A stretch of 64,000 nt of DNA from Coleofasciculus chthonoplastes F2-STO-03. Lineage in GTDB: Bacteria > Cyanobacteriota > Cyanobacteriia > Cyanobacteriales > Coleofasciculaceae. The stretch lies in NCBI GenBank assembly GCA_040222015.1, contig JAVJWO010000069.1:64001-128000 (forward strand), in the 5' to 3' direction. A program made the translations under genes and the position numbers. The notes under the pieces are model-generated. The model ran no database searches. It had not been told where the DNA came from and worked only from the letters and a program-made list of their open reading frames with translations. Positions 19,588 through 31,416 of this stretch are shown in pieces (the first letter of the stretch is position 1; every line of letters begins with the position of its first letter).

Positions 19588-20036
19588 AATGATTCTGCTG
19601 TTGAAATAGGATTGATTTGGATGATATCAGTTACAGTTTGTCGGAGTTCGGCTAATTCGTTTCCAGGTCGAGAAAACCCGAATCATGATCAACTCTCTCC
19701 TACCCATGGCTAACACCCCAATTGACGCTGTGATAATTATTTGCGGATCAGGTATTAACCGGGTCTGGCGTCGGTCGGTGAATCCGTTGCTTGGGAAGGA
19801 ATCACAATGACCTATCGCTGACATTTATCAATATAGATACTTGTTGTGACGTGGTTATGACAGTGTAGTTTCGCTGATGTGAAGATTTCTGGATTGGTGC
19901 TGTAGCCGTCTAGGTGTTTTAGAGGAAATCCTCCCATTGAGGTTGTGCTTACCGTAATTCTAGGATACTCCCTTTTGCATAAGGGAGATGTAATCAGAAA
20001 TAGATGACAACAACTTCCCTGGCTATGGCGAGGATA

Positions 20037-20132
20037 AGCGGTTTGGTATTTAAACCTTAATATAATGCCTCCCATCCTCGTAGTGCGAGCATCTTGCTCG
20101 CTACTAATACCCTATCTCAATGTATGACCGCT
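20037..20132. mobile_element. Second copy of the TA-flanked MITE
   Basis: TA-AGCGGTTTGGTATTTAAA...ATGACCGCT-TA with the same internal GTAGTGCGAGCATCTTGCTCGC REP. Confidence 0.75.
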
Positions 20133-20157
20133 TACTGTACCGCTACAGCGACTCGAT

Positions 20158-21162
20158 ATGAAACACTTCTGGTTCTCTCAACCAACATCCCGACAAATTG
20201 ACATCAAGAATATCGCCTTTGGGTTAGGACTCGTGGGACTCATTCCTTGTCTTCTCTTATCCTTAGTCGCTTATCTGGGAGGATTTCACCGATATTTTGA
20301 ATTACTCTCCCACTTCAAAGTCCAATACTTCATCATTAGTTGTATTGTTTTCCTCTTATTGTCCTTCGCACGACTAAAAACCTGGTGGTTGATCAGTTTA
20401 TTTTGTTTAACCCTTAATGCTGTAGAGGTTATTCCCTGGTATATTCCCCAAGTTTCGGATATGAATACGCCTTCAGGACAACCCTTACGAGTGTTGCTGG
20501 CAAATGTCTATAGTGATAACCAGCGTTATGCTGAGTTTATCTCCCTAGTCAAAGCCGAAAAGCCTCAACTTCTCGTTGTCCAGGAAATTAATCCAATTTG
20601 GTCACAGCAACTGGAAGCCCTTAAGCCTCTCCTTCCTTACCAGATTGTTTATCCGAGATTTGATAACTTTGGCATTGCTGTCTACAGTGCGATTCCCCTG
20701 AGGAATACGGATATTAAATCGTTCACCGAGTATGATATACCCTCTATTTTTACTGAGGTGCAGTGGCAAGGACAAACTGTTTCTATTATTGCCACTCATC
20801 CCTTACCGCCGATTGATGCGGAATATTTTAAGTCACGTAATCAGCAACTTCTAGAACTGGGAAACGAGATAAGTTCAACCAAAAATATTCATGCCGTCAT
20901 CGGTGACTTGAATACAACAATGTGGTCTCCATATTACCGCAAATTTATCCGTCAGACTGGATTGAAAAATGCGCGAGCCGGTTTTGGTATTCTCCCCACT
21001 TGGCCCCAGGGTGCGCCAATGTTACAGATTCCTCTGGATCATTGTCTGATTAGTCCAGAAATCAATGTTTTAAAGATTCGCACTGCCGGAAATATTGGTT
21101 CAGATCATCGTCCCTTAATTGTCGATTTGGTGATATCGGACAGGAACACTAACAGAATATAG
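20158..21162 (+). CDS. Endonuclease/exonuclease/phosphatase family membrane protein
   Basis: N-terminal TMs; VQE, GDLN, LDH and GSDHRP motifs. Confidence 0.9.
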   Translation: MKHFWFSQPTSRQIDIKNIAFGLGLVGLIPCLLLSLVAYLGGFHRYFELLSHFKVQYFIISCIVFLLLSFARLKTWWLISLFCLTLNAVEVIPWYIPQVSDMNTPSGQPLRVLLANVYSDNQRYAEFISLVKAEKPQLLVVQEINPIWSQQLEALKPLLPYQIVYPRFDNFGIAVYSAIPLRNTDIKSFTEYDIPSIFTEVQWQGQTVSIIATHPLPPIDAEYFKSRNQQLLELGNEISSTKNIHAVIGDLNTTMWSPYYRKFIRQTGLKNARAGFGILPTWPQGAPMLQIPLDHCLISPEINVLKIRTAGNIGSDHRPLIVDLVISDRNTNRI

Positions 21163-22380
21163 GGCTAAGGTTCCCTTACTACAAGCCGACTTCAAAATCC
21201 CTCCCTCTAACTGATAAATCGCTGCCATAATGCCATTATCTGGATTATTCAATAGGGACGCCTTAACTTCTTGTAAATAATCCCGAATCGCTTCCCGCAA
21301 AACAGGGCGCTCAACGTTTACGGTATGTTGATAATCCCAAACATCCCAGATAATAATTCCTACGCCAACAATCGGATCAAGAAACTGAGCGCCGAATTTA
21401 CCAGCTACAGCTCCGCCTGTTTTTGCTGCCATTTTAGCGGAGGCTTTTCCGGCAAAGGATACTACTACTTTACTGCCAATCTTGGTGACAACGGGAATCA
21501 TTGCTTTGGCAAATAAGTACGTACTCCCGCCAACTAAAACTTTTAACGATAAATTAGACAGATTGCCTTCCGTATCTCGAATCGTTACCGCAATATCATC
21601 CAAATAGCGCTCCCATTCTCCTTGCGGAATCTGGTACTGAGTTTGAATGTTGGAAATGTTGTTTTCCAAGTCAGCAATATATAAATTTACCGTATCTCTG
21701 GTGATGTGTTCCAATTGAAGTTGGGCAATTTTAGGGCGGAGGACTCGTTTGGTGAATTCTGTTTGGAATTCCTCCGTCATTTTTTCGGCGACGGCTTGAT
21801 TTGGAGTCGGTTTTGTGGTATCCATCCAGTGAGAGACGGCTGAAGATACCCAGACAAATGGAGCGCTAAATTCCAGTTTCTTTTGATTAAAATAATCAAA
21901 ATACCAATCCAGAAAATTGCCATCAACGCGACTCATGAGTTGATTAATCCACTCATCGAGTTGGTCTGAGGCGAACTGTTCTGCTGTATGATGAGCATGG
22001 GTAATTGCGGTTGCGATCGCGCGATCGACCTTCTCCTGATCCGGTACAGTCCGTTCAATGGTGACAATCTCACGTTTCGGCTTCCCTGAACTCCCCGCAT
22101 CGGTTGATAATGAACTGGCAATAAACCCACTTCCGATCAGCGGGATAATCACAATTAGGATCACCGCCACCCAAATATAAGGTGTTACCGATTTAATCAA
22201 CTGACTCCAGGCTTGTAGGCGAGTCGTCATTTCTGTGTAGGTTGGTTTTTCCGATGGATTGGTTGGGGACAAGGTTGGGGTATGAGTAGGGTTAGAGGGC
22301 GTTTGGGTTTTCTCAGCGCCAGGTGATAGGGGCGCAGAGGGATGAGTCGAGGTATAGTCCTGCGATCGCTCTTGGTTCAT
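21115..22380 (-). CDS. Hypothetical single-pass membrane protein
   Basis: 421-aa ORF with a TM near the N-terminus, helical body and Gly/Ala-rich hydrophobic C-terminal segment. Confidence 0.7.
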   Translation of the reverse strand: MNQERSQDYTSTHPSAPLSPGAEKTQTPSNPTHTPTLSPTNPSEKPTYTEMTTRLQAWSQLIKSVTPYIWVAVILIVIIPLIGSGFIASSLSTDAGSSGKPKREIVTIERTVPDQEKVDRAIATAITHAHHTAEQFASDQLDEWINQLMSRVDGNFLDWYFDYFNQKKLEFSAPFVWVSSAVSHWMDTTKPTPNQAVAEKMTEEFQTEFTKRVLRPKIAQLQLEHITRDTVNLYIADLENNISNIQTQYQIPQGEWERYLDDIAVTIRDTEGNLSNLSLKVLVGGSTYLFAKAMIPVVTKIGSKVVVSFAGKASAKMAAKTGGAVAGKFGAQFLDPIVGVGIIIWDVWDYQHTVNVERPVLREAIRDYLQEVKASLLNNPDNGIMAAIYQLEGGILKSACSKGTLALYSVSVPVRYHQIDN

Positions 22381-22425
22381 TGCTATTCTTTGTCCGTTAG
22401 ATCAATAACTAAGGAATGACGGGGA

Positions 22426-22653
22426 ATGGCAGAGGATTTTTCAGTTGATCAGCTTTTGGATAAAATGATTGTCGGAGTGGGCGGTGTGGCAACTTTTGGT
22501 CGAGCGATCGCGGCGAATTTACTGAAAATGATACCAGGTGCTGGGACAATTGTGGGCGGTGCAATTTCCGCTTCTACCGCCGCCGCGCTAACCTTGACGG
22601 AAAAGAGGTTTTATGTTAAAGAGAAAGTAGATAGTCTCAAGCTTCTGGTTTAG
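22426..22653 (+). pseudogene. C-terminal fragment of a DUF697/YcjF-type GTPase-associated protein
   Basis: GRAIAANLLKMIPGAGTIVGGAISASTAAALT matches that family's C-terminal region; the rest is missing. Confidence 0.55.
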
Positions 22654-22665
22654 AAGTAATCAATT

Positions 22666-23283
22666 GTGACTGATGAACGACTTACTCAAGATCAGTTAAC
22701 GCAACTCGTTGCTGAGGTGGATCAATTAGCCAGACGCCACGAGGCTGAAATTGACCACCAACAAGTTCAGCAGATTTTGCAGGAATTGAATTTACCACCA
22801 GAGTTGCTGGATGAAGCGCTAATCCAGCTACGCCGTCGTCAAGCGTTAGCCGTTCAACAAAGACGGAATCGCTGGATTGGGATAGGAGTAGGAGTGGCGA
22901 TAGTGGGTGCGATCGCAGCTTCCACGGTATTCATTGTAAATCGCCAACGTGCGATCGCGACCGTGTCTGTCTCTCAAAGTTGCATGACATCAAATCCGCA
23001 GACGTGTGAACCGATATCGGATTTTAATCGCCAAGAGATAGTCTACCGCGTTACCTTGCAAGATACACCTGTAGGACAAAAACTTTCCTTACAGTGTGAT
23101 TGGATTAACCCCAATGGTCAAATTGTGCATCAGAATCGCTATCAAACGAATAAAATTGACCGAGAGGTTTGGTCTACCTATTGTCGTCATACCTTGGGTT
23201 CTACTGCAACCCTGGGGGATTGGCAAGTGCAGATGAGATTAGGCGATCGCGCACTCGACCAAAAATCATTTACAGTTAAATAA
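22666..23283 (+). CDS. DUF3859-like membrane-anchored protein
   Basis: N-terminal helical domain, single TM, C-terminal beta domain (CDWINPNG...GDWQVQM). Confidence 0.7.
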   Translation: MTDERLTQDQLTQLVAEVDQLARRHEAEIDHQQVQQILQELNLPPELLDEALIQLRRRQALAVQQRRNRWIGIGVGVAIVGAIAASTVFIVNRQRAIATVSVSQSCMTSNPQTCEPISDFNRQEIVYRVTLQDTPVGQKLSLQCDWINPNGQIVHQNRYQTNKIDREVWSTYCRHTLGSTATLGDWQVQMRLGDRALDQKSFTVK

Positions 23284-23289
23284 TCGACA

Positions 23290-24132
23290 CTATTCGCTAT
23301 TTTGCAAATCATCGGGATCAATGCCTAACTCTCCTATTCGTGCGGCTAATTCTTGAACCCGTCGTTTAGCCGTTTCAGCTTCCTGTTTCGCCATTTCTGT
23401 TTCTTGTCTGGCGGCTTCTGTTTCTTGTCTGGCGGCTTCCGTTTCTTGTCTCGCCACCTCTGTTTCTTCCGTGGGTAAAGGAATCCAAGTTCCCTCCAGT
23501 GTCATCCACCGTAGCCACAGTCGGTTAAACCCGCGAAAATTACCTTGCCATACGCCTAAACTTAATCCCAACTCCGGTATCGGTAAACAGCCTTGAGTCA
23601 AATCTACGGATTCGTAATGACCGCCAACCAGATGAAATGCTTGCCATTCATTAGTATAGCGACTAAAAATTACATAGTAAGGAATCCGCAGAATCTCTTC
23701 ATAAACTCGCCACTTTGTCGGCGGATGTCTTAATTCGCTTTCCCTTTGACCCAAATCTTCATCTTCCGTACCCGGAGACAATAACTCCACCACGATAAAC
23801 GGATTCACCCGTTCTTGCCAACACACATAACTCAAACGCATATCACGTTCCTGATAAAGCCTTGGTACACCGACAACTCCGAACCAATCAGGACGTTTAT
23901 ACCAGTTTGAATGAGTAGCGTCATAATAGAGATTCAAATCACAAGCACTGAACGCTCTATTGGGATACCAATTTGGCGGTAAAAACGTCAAATATAGTAA
24001 TAATGGTTGCAAAAAATGGAACTCATCAGGCAAACCAGGTTCCTCCGGATTTTCGCTAGGTAAATCATACATCGTTGGCAGGGTTTGCCACGGGGGAAGT
24101 GGGGGGTCAGTTTGGCGGGGTAATTGAGTCAT
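23290..24132 (-). CDS. Uma2 family endonuclease with repetitive coiled-coil tail
   Basis: LPTMYDLPSE, RPDWF, VELLSPGT motifs; ETEAARQ 21-bp repeats. Confidence 0.9.
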   Translation of the reverse strand: MTQLPRQTDPPLPPWQTLPTMYDLPSENPEEPGLPDEFHFLQPLLLYLTFLPPNWYPNRAFSACDLNLYYDATHSNWYKRPDWFGVVGVPRLYQERDMRLSYVCWQERVNPFIVVELLSPGTEDEDLGQRESELRHPPTKWRVYEEILRIPYYVIFSRYTNEWQAFHLVGGHYESVDLTQGCLPIPELGLSLGVWQGNFRGFNRLWLRWMTLEGTWIPLPTEETEVARQETEAARQETEAARQETEMAKQEAETAKRRVQELAARIGELGIDPDDLQNSE

Positions 24133-24375
24133 TTGATGATTAGAGTTATTTATAAAATCTCTTCCACTATCTTAACGGTTCTTAGTCATGGATGCGAGTC
24201 TATCATCGTGTTGGGTTGCCAATATCCGACAAAACAACAACTGGTTTAATTTTTCTAAATTAAGGGGAATTGCACGCTTTTTAAACCGGGTGGGCATTGC
24301 CCACCCTACGGTACATCCAGGATTTCAGCGCTCCCAAAATATTGATTTTAGTGCCATTCAAATTAAGGTGTTTTC

Positions 24376-24987
24376 TCAAAGATCACTCAACGTTTGTTCA
24401 CCTAACTTAAAGACAAAATGAAGCAAACCCAAAATTTCTTCAAGATGAGCAATACCATAGAGTAACGTTTCATAAACACTGCCTTGAGATGTCAGTTTAT
24501 AAAACCGCCAGCCATCGCCGTTCGTCACCATTCCCAAAACATCAATATCCTTACCGATTCGGCGATTTTGCCATTGACAGGCTTGCATTTCGACCAAACA
24601 TTGAGCCAATCCTTGTTCAAAGTTATCCTTTTTGGCTTCGACGATACATAAAAATGGCGTTTCTAAATAGCGTTTGCGTTCAGCAATTAAATAATCAACA
24701 TTACCGCTTGTTGTCTCCCCTTCTAAACTAGCCCCTTTCCAAATTTTTAGCCGCCCCAGTCCTTCAAGTGCTTCCTCGCAAAGGGCATCAATAATAAGCT
24801 TCTTGGATTCTTCATAGCTTTCCAAGTCAAAACGTTGTAACCTCGCCCACCGTTGTTTAAAAAACTCGCTAGGTTGAATTTGCTGGAACTCAATCTGCCA
24901 AGGGATTAAGTCGATGAGGTCAAGTTGCTTAAATGCCTGAGTTTTGTTAAAACTAGAAAAATTTTTCTTCTTGATTTTTTTATCCAT
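24376..24987 (-). CDS. PD-(D/E)XK-like cyanobacterial hypothetical protein
   Basis: VDYL...IVEAKKD.FEQGLAQCLVEM, VTNGDGWRF. Confidence 0.8.
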   Translation of the reverse strand: MDKKIKKKNFSSFNKTQAFKQLDLIDLIPWQIEFQQIQPSEFFKQRWARLQRFDLESYEESKKLIIDALCEEALEGLGRLKIWKGASLEGETTSGNVDYLIAERKRYLETPFLCIVEAKKDNFEQGLAQCLVEMQACQWQNRRIGKDIDVLGMVTNGDGWRFYKLTSQGSVYETLLYGIAHLEEILGLLHFVFKLGEQTLSDL

Positions 24988-25258
24988 CGGAGGGTTGCGA
25001 ATTGAGTCAATAAATTTTATTTTATACTATAGGGTTTGTAGTTGCGCTGTCTTCGCCATAAAGCTCACGGGTAGACCAGTAACTTGAACAGTAGATTGGG
25101 TATAGATGTGACCATTGAATCGGGCGCACGTCACTACACCCCTACAGTGTCTGGATGGAATGCTAATTCATCTTGCTTAGGTGTGACACACCACTACGAT
25201 ATATTAAAGTGCGTATTTCAGTGCTATTGAACTTAAATTAATTCAAGATTCAATTATT

Positions 25259-27043
25259 GTGAGTAATCCCTATCAATTTATCGGCTATTGGGGTATAGAG
25301 TCACCCGATAAACTTGAAGCGATGTTAACCAAATTAACCCAAGTTCTCGTCGTCGCGACAGGTTTAGAAACATCAACACGATTGAAACATCACCTCAACA
25401 AAGTCCAGGTCAAGGGTAGGTTAAATTGGCGTGTTGGTTATATTGGCAGTAATCCGACTAATTCCTTCACCAATAAAGACGGTATCATCGCCGCATTATC
25501 CGCCTCTGGTTTTCACGACTCAGCCGATGCTTGGGTTAAGGTGGAAAATAATCACCTAATTTTAGGACGCGAACCTTTTGGACGTGTCCCTGTCTATTGG
25601 ACAAAACAGGGAAAGGTTATCTGGTTTGCGTCTAAGTTGCAGCTATTATTACCCCTGCTTAAAACACCAGAGGTGAATAATCATGGATTGTATGGCTATA
25701 GCTGTTTTTCTTATGTTCCCACACCGTTAACGCCAGTATCTACTATTTTTTCCGTAGCGGCTGGAACCCTAGAAACCTGGCAAATTACCTCTGAACACGA
25801 CTTAACCCATAGCACTCACCGTTATTATCAATGGCAATCCGCATCGGAACTGATTCATGATGAAGATGAAGCCATATCTCAACTGCAAATCCTCTTAAAA
25901 AATGCCGTTCATCGACAACTGGAAAATTTGCCTAGTGAACCCGTTGGTGTTTTCCTGTCTGGCGGGTTAGATTCATCTACAATAGCGGCATTATTAGTGC
26001 AAGCGGGAGTCAATGTTAAGGCATATACCTTAGATTTTGGGTTAGCGGGTGTCTCAGAATTGCCCTATGCTGAACAGGTTGCTGACTATCTGAATATTCC
26101 CCTGGTTAAAGTTGATGCGACACCTCGTCGGATTAAGCAAGCGATTCAAGCGACAGCGACGGCGTTAGATTTACCCTTTGGCGATGGGGTAACGGTTCCC
26201 TTATATCTGTTGTGTCAAGCCGCGAGTCAAGAGACAAGGGTTATTTTTAATGGGGAAGGCGGCGACCAACTTTTTGCGGGATGGACAAATAAACCGCTAA
26301 TTGCGGCTGGTGTTTATAATCAAGAACATCCCAAAGGAAATACAGAGTTTACTCAACAGTATTTACGAACGTTTCACCGTCTCTGGGGATATGAAGAGCG
26401 AGTATTTCAGAATCAGATAAACCAGGTGTTATCGGTACAACCGGAACAATGGTTGGCAGAGGCGTTAGATGCTAAGTTTACCACGACTCTTTTAGACCGA
26501 TTGCGTCGGGCGACGTTAATGTTAAAAGGCGCACAAAACATCCACCCACGGGCGACTAACTTAGCATTCTCCCATGGATTGTGGGTGCGATCGCCCTTTT
26601 GTGACATTCCGTTATCGGAGTGGACATTTCAGATACCGGGGGAGTTCTACCTGCGAGGTGCTTGTGAAAAATATATCCTCAAACGTGCGGTGGAATCTTG
26701 GTTACCGTCAGAGGTGGTGTGGCGGGAAAAACGGGGGATGGGAGTACCGTTAACGGCGTGGTGTTTAAATGAGTTATGGTCTGAGGTAGGATATTGGTTA
26801 AATTCGGGTATTTTGGACGCCGAAGGACGATGGCAACCGCAATTACCCCTGCAACTGATTAAAGGGGAATTTAGCGCCTATTTGCGAGGGCGACGAGTTG
26901 GCGAGATTCTCTGGTTACTGATGATGTGGCAAGTTTGGCGCAGGAGGGTGTTAAATGAGGCAGTATCTGGGTATTCTGGGTTACATCCGTTCTGGTTACC
27001 GTCTCGGTTTTGGCGATGGTATTGGAAATTACAGGATGAATAA
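25259..27043 (+). CDS. Asparagine synthetase B-like amidotransferase/ligase
   Basis: LSGGLDSS PP-loop, NGEGGDQLFAG, RSPF and KYILKRA motifs; no N-terminal Cys. Confidence 0.88.
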   Translation: MSNPYQFIGYWGIESPDKLEAMLTKLTQVLVVATGLETSTRLKHHLNKVQVKGRLNWRVGYIGSNPTNSFTNKDGIIAALSASGFHDSADAWVKVENNHLILGREPFGRVPVYWTKQGKVIWFASKLQLLLPLLKTPEVNNHGLYGYSCFSYVPTPLTPVSTIFSVAAGTLETWQITSEHDLTHSTHRYYQWQSASELIHDEDEAISQLQILLKNAVHRQLENLPSEPVGVFLSGGLDSSTIAALLVQAGVNVKAYTLDFGLAGVSELPYAEQVADYLNIPLVKVDATPRRIKQAIQATATALDLPFGDGVTVPLYLLCQAASQETRVIFNGEGGDQLFAGWTNKPLIAAGVYNQEHPKGNTEFTQQYLRTFHRLWGYEERVFQNQINQVLSVQPEQWLAEALDAKFTTTLLDRLRRATLMLKGAQNIHPRATNLAFSHGLWVRSPFCDIPLSEWTFQIPGEFYLRGACEKYILKRAVESWLPSEVVWREKRGMGVPLTAWCLNELWSEVGYWLNSGILDAEGRWQPQLPLQLIKGEFSAYLRGRRVGEILWLLMMWQVWRRRVLNEAVSGYSGLHPFWLPSRFWRWYWKLQDE

Positions 27044-27168
27044 TGAATTTTTTACAGTTAGCTTGACCGAACAAAATTCTGTACGGTTTTCCCCCTTGTC
27101 TTCTTTCCTTCCTTGTCCTCCTTGTCTTGCCCACACCCTAAAATAAAAAACCTACACCTATAAGCTCT

Positions 27169-27304
27169 GTAGGGGCGGGTTTCACTACTATCCTTTCGGT
27201 TGCACCCCTAAGTAAATAAACCCGCCCCGACTGTTCCCTAGCAGGGCGGGTTTCGTTAGGTTATCGGTTGTGTCTACAATGTTATCGGTAAAACCCGCCC
27301 CTAC
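27169..27304. repeat. Two GTAG-REP units
   Basis: GGGCGGGTTT/AAACCCGCCC inverted pairs. Confidence 0.85.
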
Positions 27305-27375
27305 ACCTGGGCGTGTAGATGCGCCATGGTACGTCTGAATATTGCTTTCACTAATGATTACCTGTTCCCTGAAAA

Positions 27376-29499
<2,124 letters not shown>

Positions 29500-29838
29500 A
29501 AAACCTAACCCCCCAGCCCCCTTCCCACCCCTCTCGTTCTCCCCTACAAGAGGGGAGAGGACAGAGGATGCTTCGCTTTTTTTGCACGGAAGGGGGAGCC
29601 GGAAGTCAGTCGATTTTATGTAGGATGAGCAAGATTTATAAACCTTTTTCATAGATTAAAATTGTAGGGGCGCACTGACGTGCGTCCACCACCGATGTGC
29701 GCCCAGAAAACCCATAACATCTATTCTATTTGAACGGTGTCACATCGCCATCCTGGGTTAAGCTTTAGCCATGGTGCGTTACGCTGCGCTAACGCACCCT
29801 ACAAACGCCTTTCAAATATCACCAATGACCCATGACTC

Positions 29839-31014
29839 ATGACAAATGACCAAGAATTACTGAATATCTACGGTTCACCTCTCTATGTTTATCAGGGCGA
29901 TCGCATCCGGGATACAATTCGTTATATCTCTTACGCTGTCCCCTATCCGCGCACTCGGTTCCAGTTTGCGAGTGTGACGAATGGTAATATCGCGTTGCTG
30001 CAAATCTTCCAGCAAGAGGGGTGGGGACTTCACGCCAATACTCCCGGAGATATCTATTTAGGCTTAACGGCGGGATTTGCCCCAGATAACATTGTTTACA
30101 GTGGTAGTAATTTGAATTATCCAGAAATGGAGCAAGTTCTCCACTGGGGAATTACCACCTTAAATTTAGATAGCATCTCCCAATTAGAATTATGCTGTCA
30201 AGTCTATCACTCCTTAACCCCCAAATTACCCCGATTAAACTTAGGATTACGCTTAAATGTACCCGAATTAACCGGAGATAGCCGCATTGGAGTTCAACCC
30301 GAAGACTTCCCCGATGCGCTGAAAATTACCCAATCGACGGGATTACACCTCAAGGGTATCCATTTCTATCGCGGAACGGGGACAAATGCCACCAAAGCCT
30401 TTACCCAAGTGATTGATTCCTTATGCGAGATTGGTCAACAATTACCGGATTGGAACTATTTAGACTTTGGCGGTGGATTTGGCTATCCCTATCAGGGAAA
30501 TGGCGTCGCCTTTGATTGGCAAGGATTTGGTCAGGCGATAACTGAGAAACTAGAGACAATCGGCAGACCTATAGACTTAATTATAGAACCCGGGCGTGCC
30601 GCGATCGCAGGATGTGCCTCCTTGTTAGCAAAAGTGGTTTCTGTCAAGTGGCAAAACGGCAAACAAATTGTCGGTGTTGATACCACCGTGGCGAATTTAT
30701 CGGTTCCTTCGGTACATGGTGGCTATCGAAAAATTGTCAGTCTTACAGATACCCAGCGTGAACAGTATCCCACCGATGTCTGTGGAAATACAACCTATTC
30801 ACGGGATTACTTGGGGCGCAATTGTCAACTCCCGGCGTTAAAGAATGGAGATGTTATCGCGATTCTCGATAGCGGTGCTTACGGATACGCCATGTCGTCC
30901 CATTTCTTACACCGTCCGCGTCCGGCTGAAGTGTTAGTCGAACAGGGGACTCATCGATTAATCAGAAAACGGGAAGATTATAGTATTTTATTAAATAATC
31001 AGGTATTTGCTTAA
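29839..31014 (+). CDS. Diaminopimelate decarboxylase-like protein (fold-type III), atypical active site
   Basis: YGSPLYVY, LDFGGGFG, IEPGRA and GAYGYAMSS motifs; FASVTN replaces YAVKAN. Confidence 0.85.
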   Translation: MTNDQELLNIYGSPLYVYQGDRIRDTIRYISYAVPYPRTRFQFASVTNGNIALLQIFQQEGWGLHANTPGDIYLGLTAGFAPDNIVYSGSNLNYPEMEQVLHWGITTLNLDSISQLELCCQVYHSLTPKLPRLNLGLRLNVPELTGDSRIGVQPEDFPDALKITQSTGLHLKGIHFYRGTGTNATKAFTQVIDSLCEIGQQLPDWNYLDFGGGFGYPYQGNGVAFDWQGFGQAITEKLETIGRPIDLIIEPGRAAIAGCASLLAKVVSVKWQNGKQIVGVDTTVANLSVPSVHGGYRKIVSLTDTQREQYPTDVCGNTTYSRDYLGRNCQLPALKNGDVIAILDSGAYGYAMSSHFLHRPRPAEVLVEQGTHRLIRKREDYSILLNNQVFA

Positions 31015-31416
31015 TTTCCCAGGTTCGTAGGGGCGCACGTCAGTGCGCCCTGCACCTGACCTTTACCTGAGTTTACCTGAACTGCAGCTAACCTTTACCT
31101 GACCTGCGCCCAGAAAATCAGTTATGATACCAAATCTGTTAGGGTGACAATTATATTTTTTCAACGCAGAGGACGCAGAGGATGGCGCAGAGGTACGCAG
31201 AGTAATTGGGAGTATTTGAGTGAACGTTTTAGCGAATTATAGAAATAATATCTAAGACTATGAAATCTATTGGGCGCTCAAAATAAGTGGTTTTAAGTTT
31301 AATTATGTGAACTTGGAAATCAATGCGTAATTAATCTAATCTTAAACTCGCGATGGTTATCTAGGTTAGGCAAAATGAAGGATGTTAATCAAGAATCCTA
31401 TGGAGAAAAGTGAATT

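Noticed and set aside
19590..20030. ncRNA or small ORFs upstream of the protease
   Set aside because: No recognisable structure or coding signal; probably promoter region.
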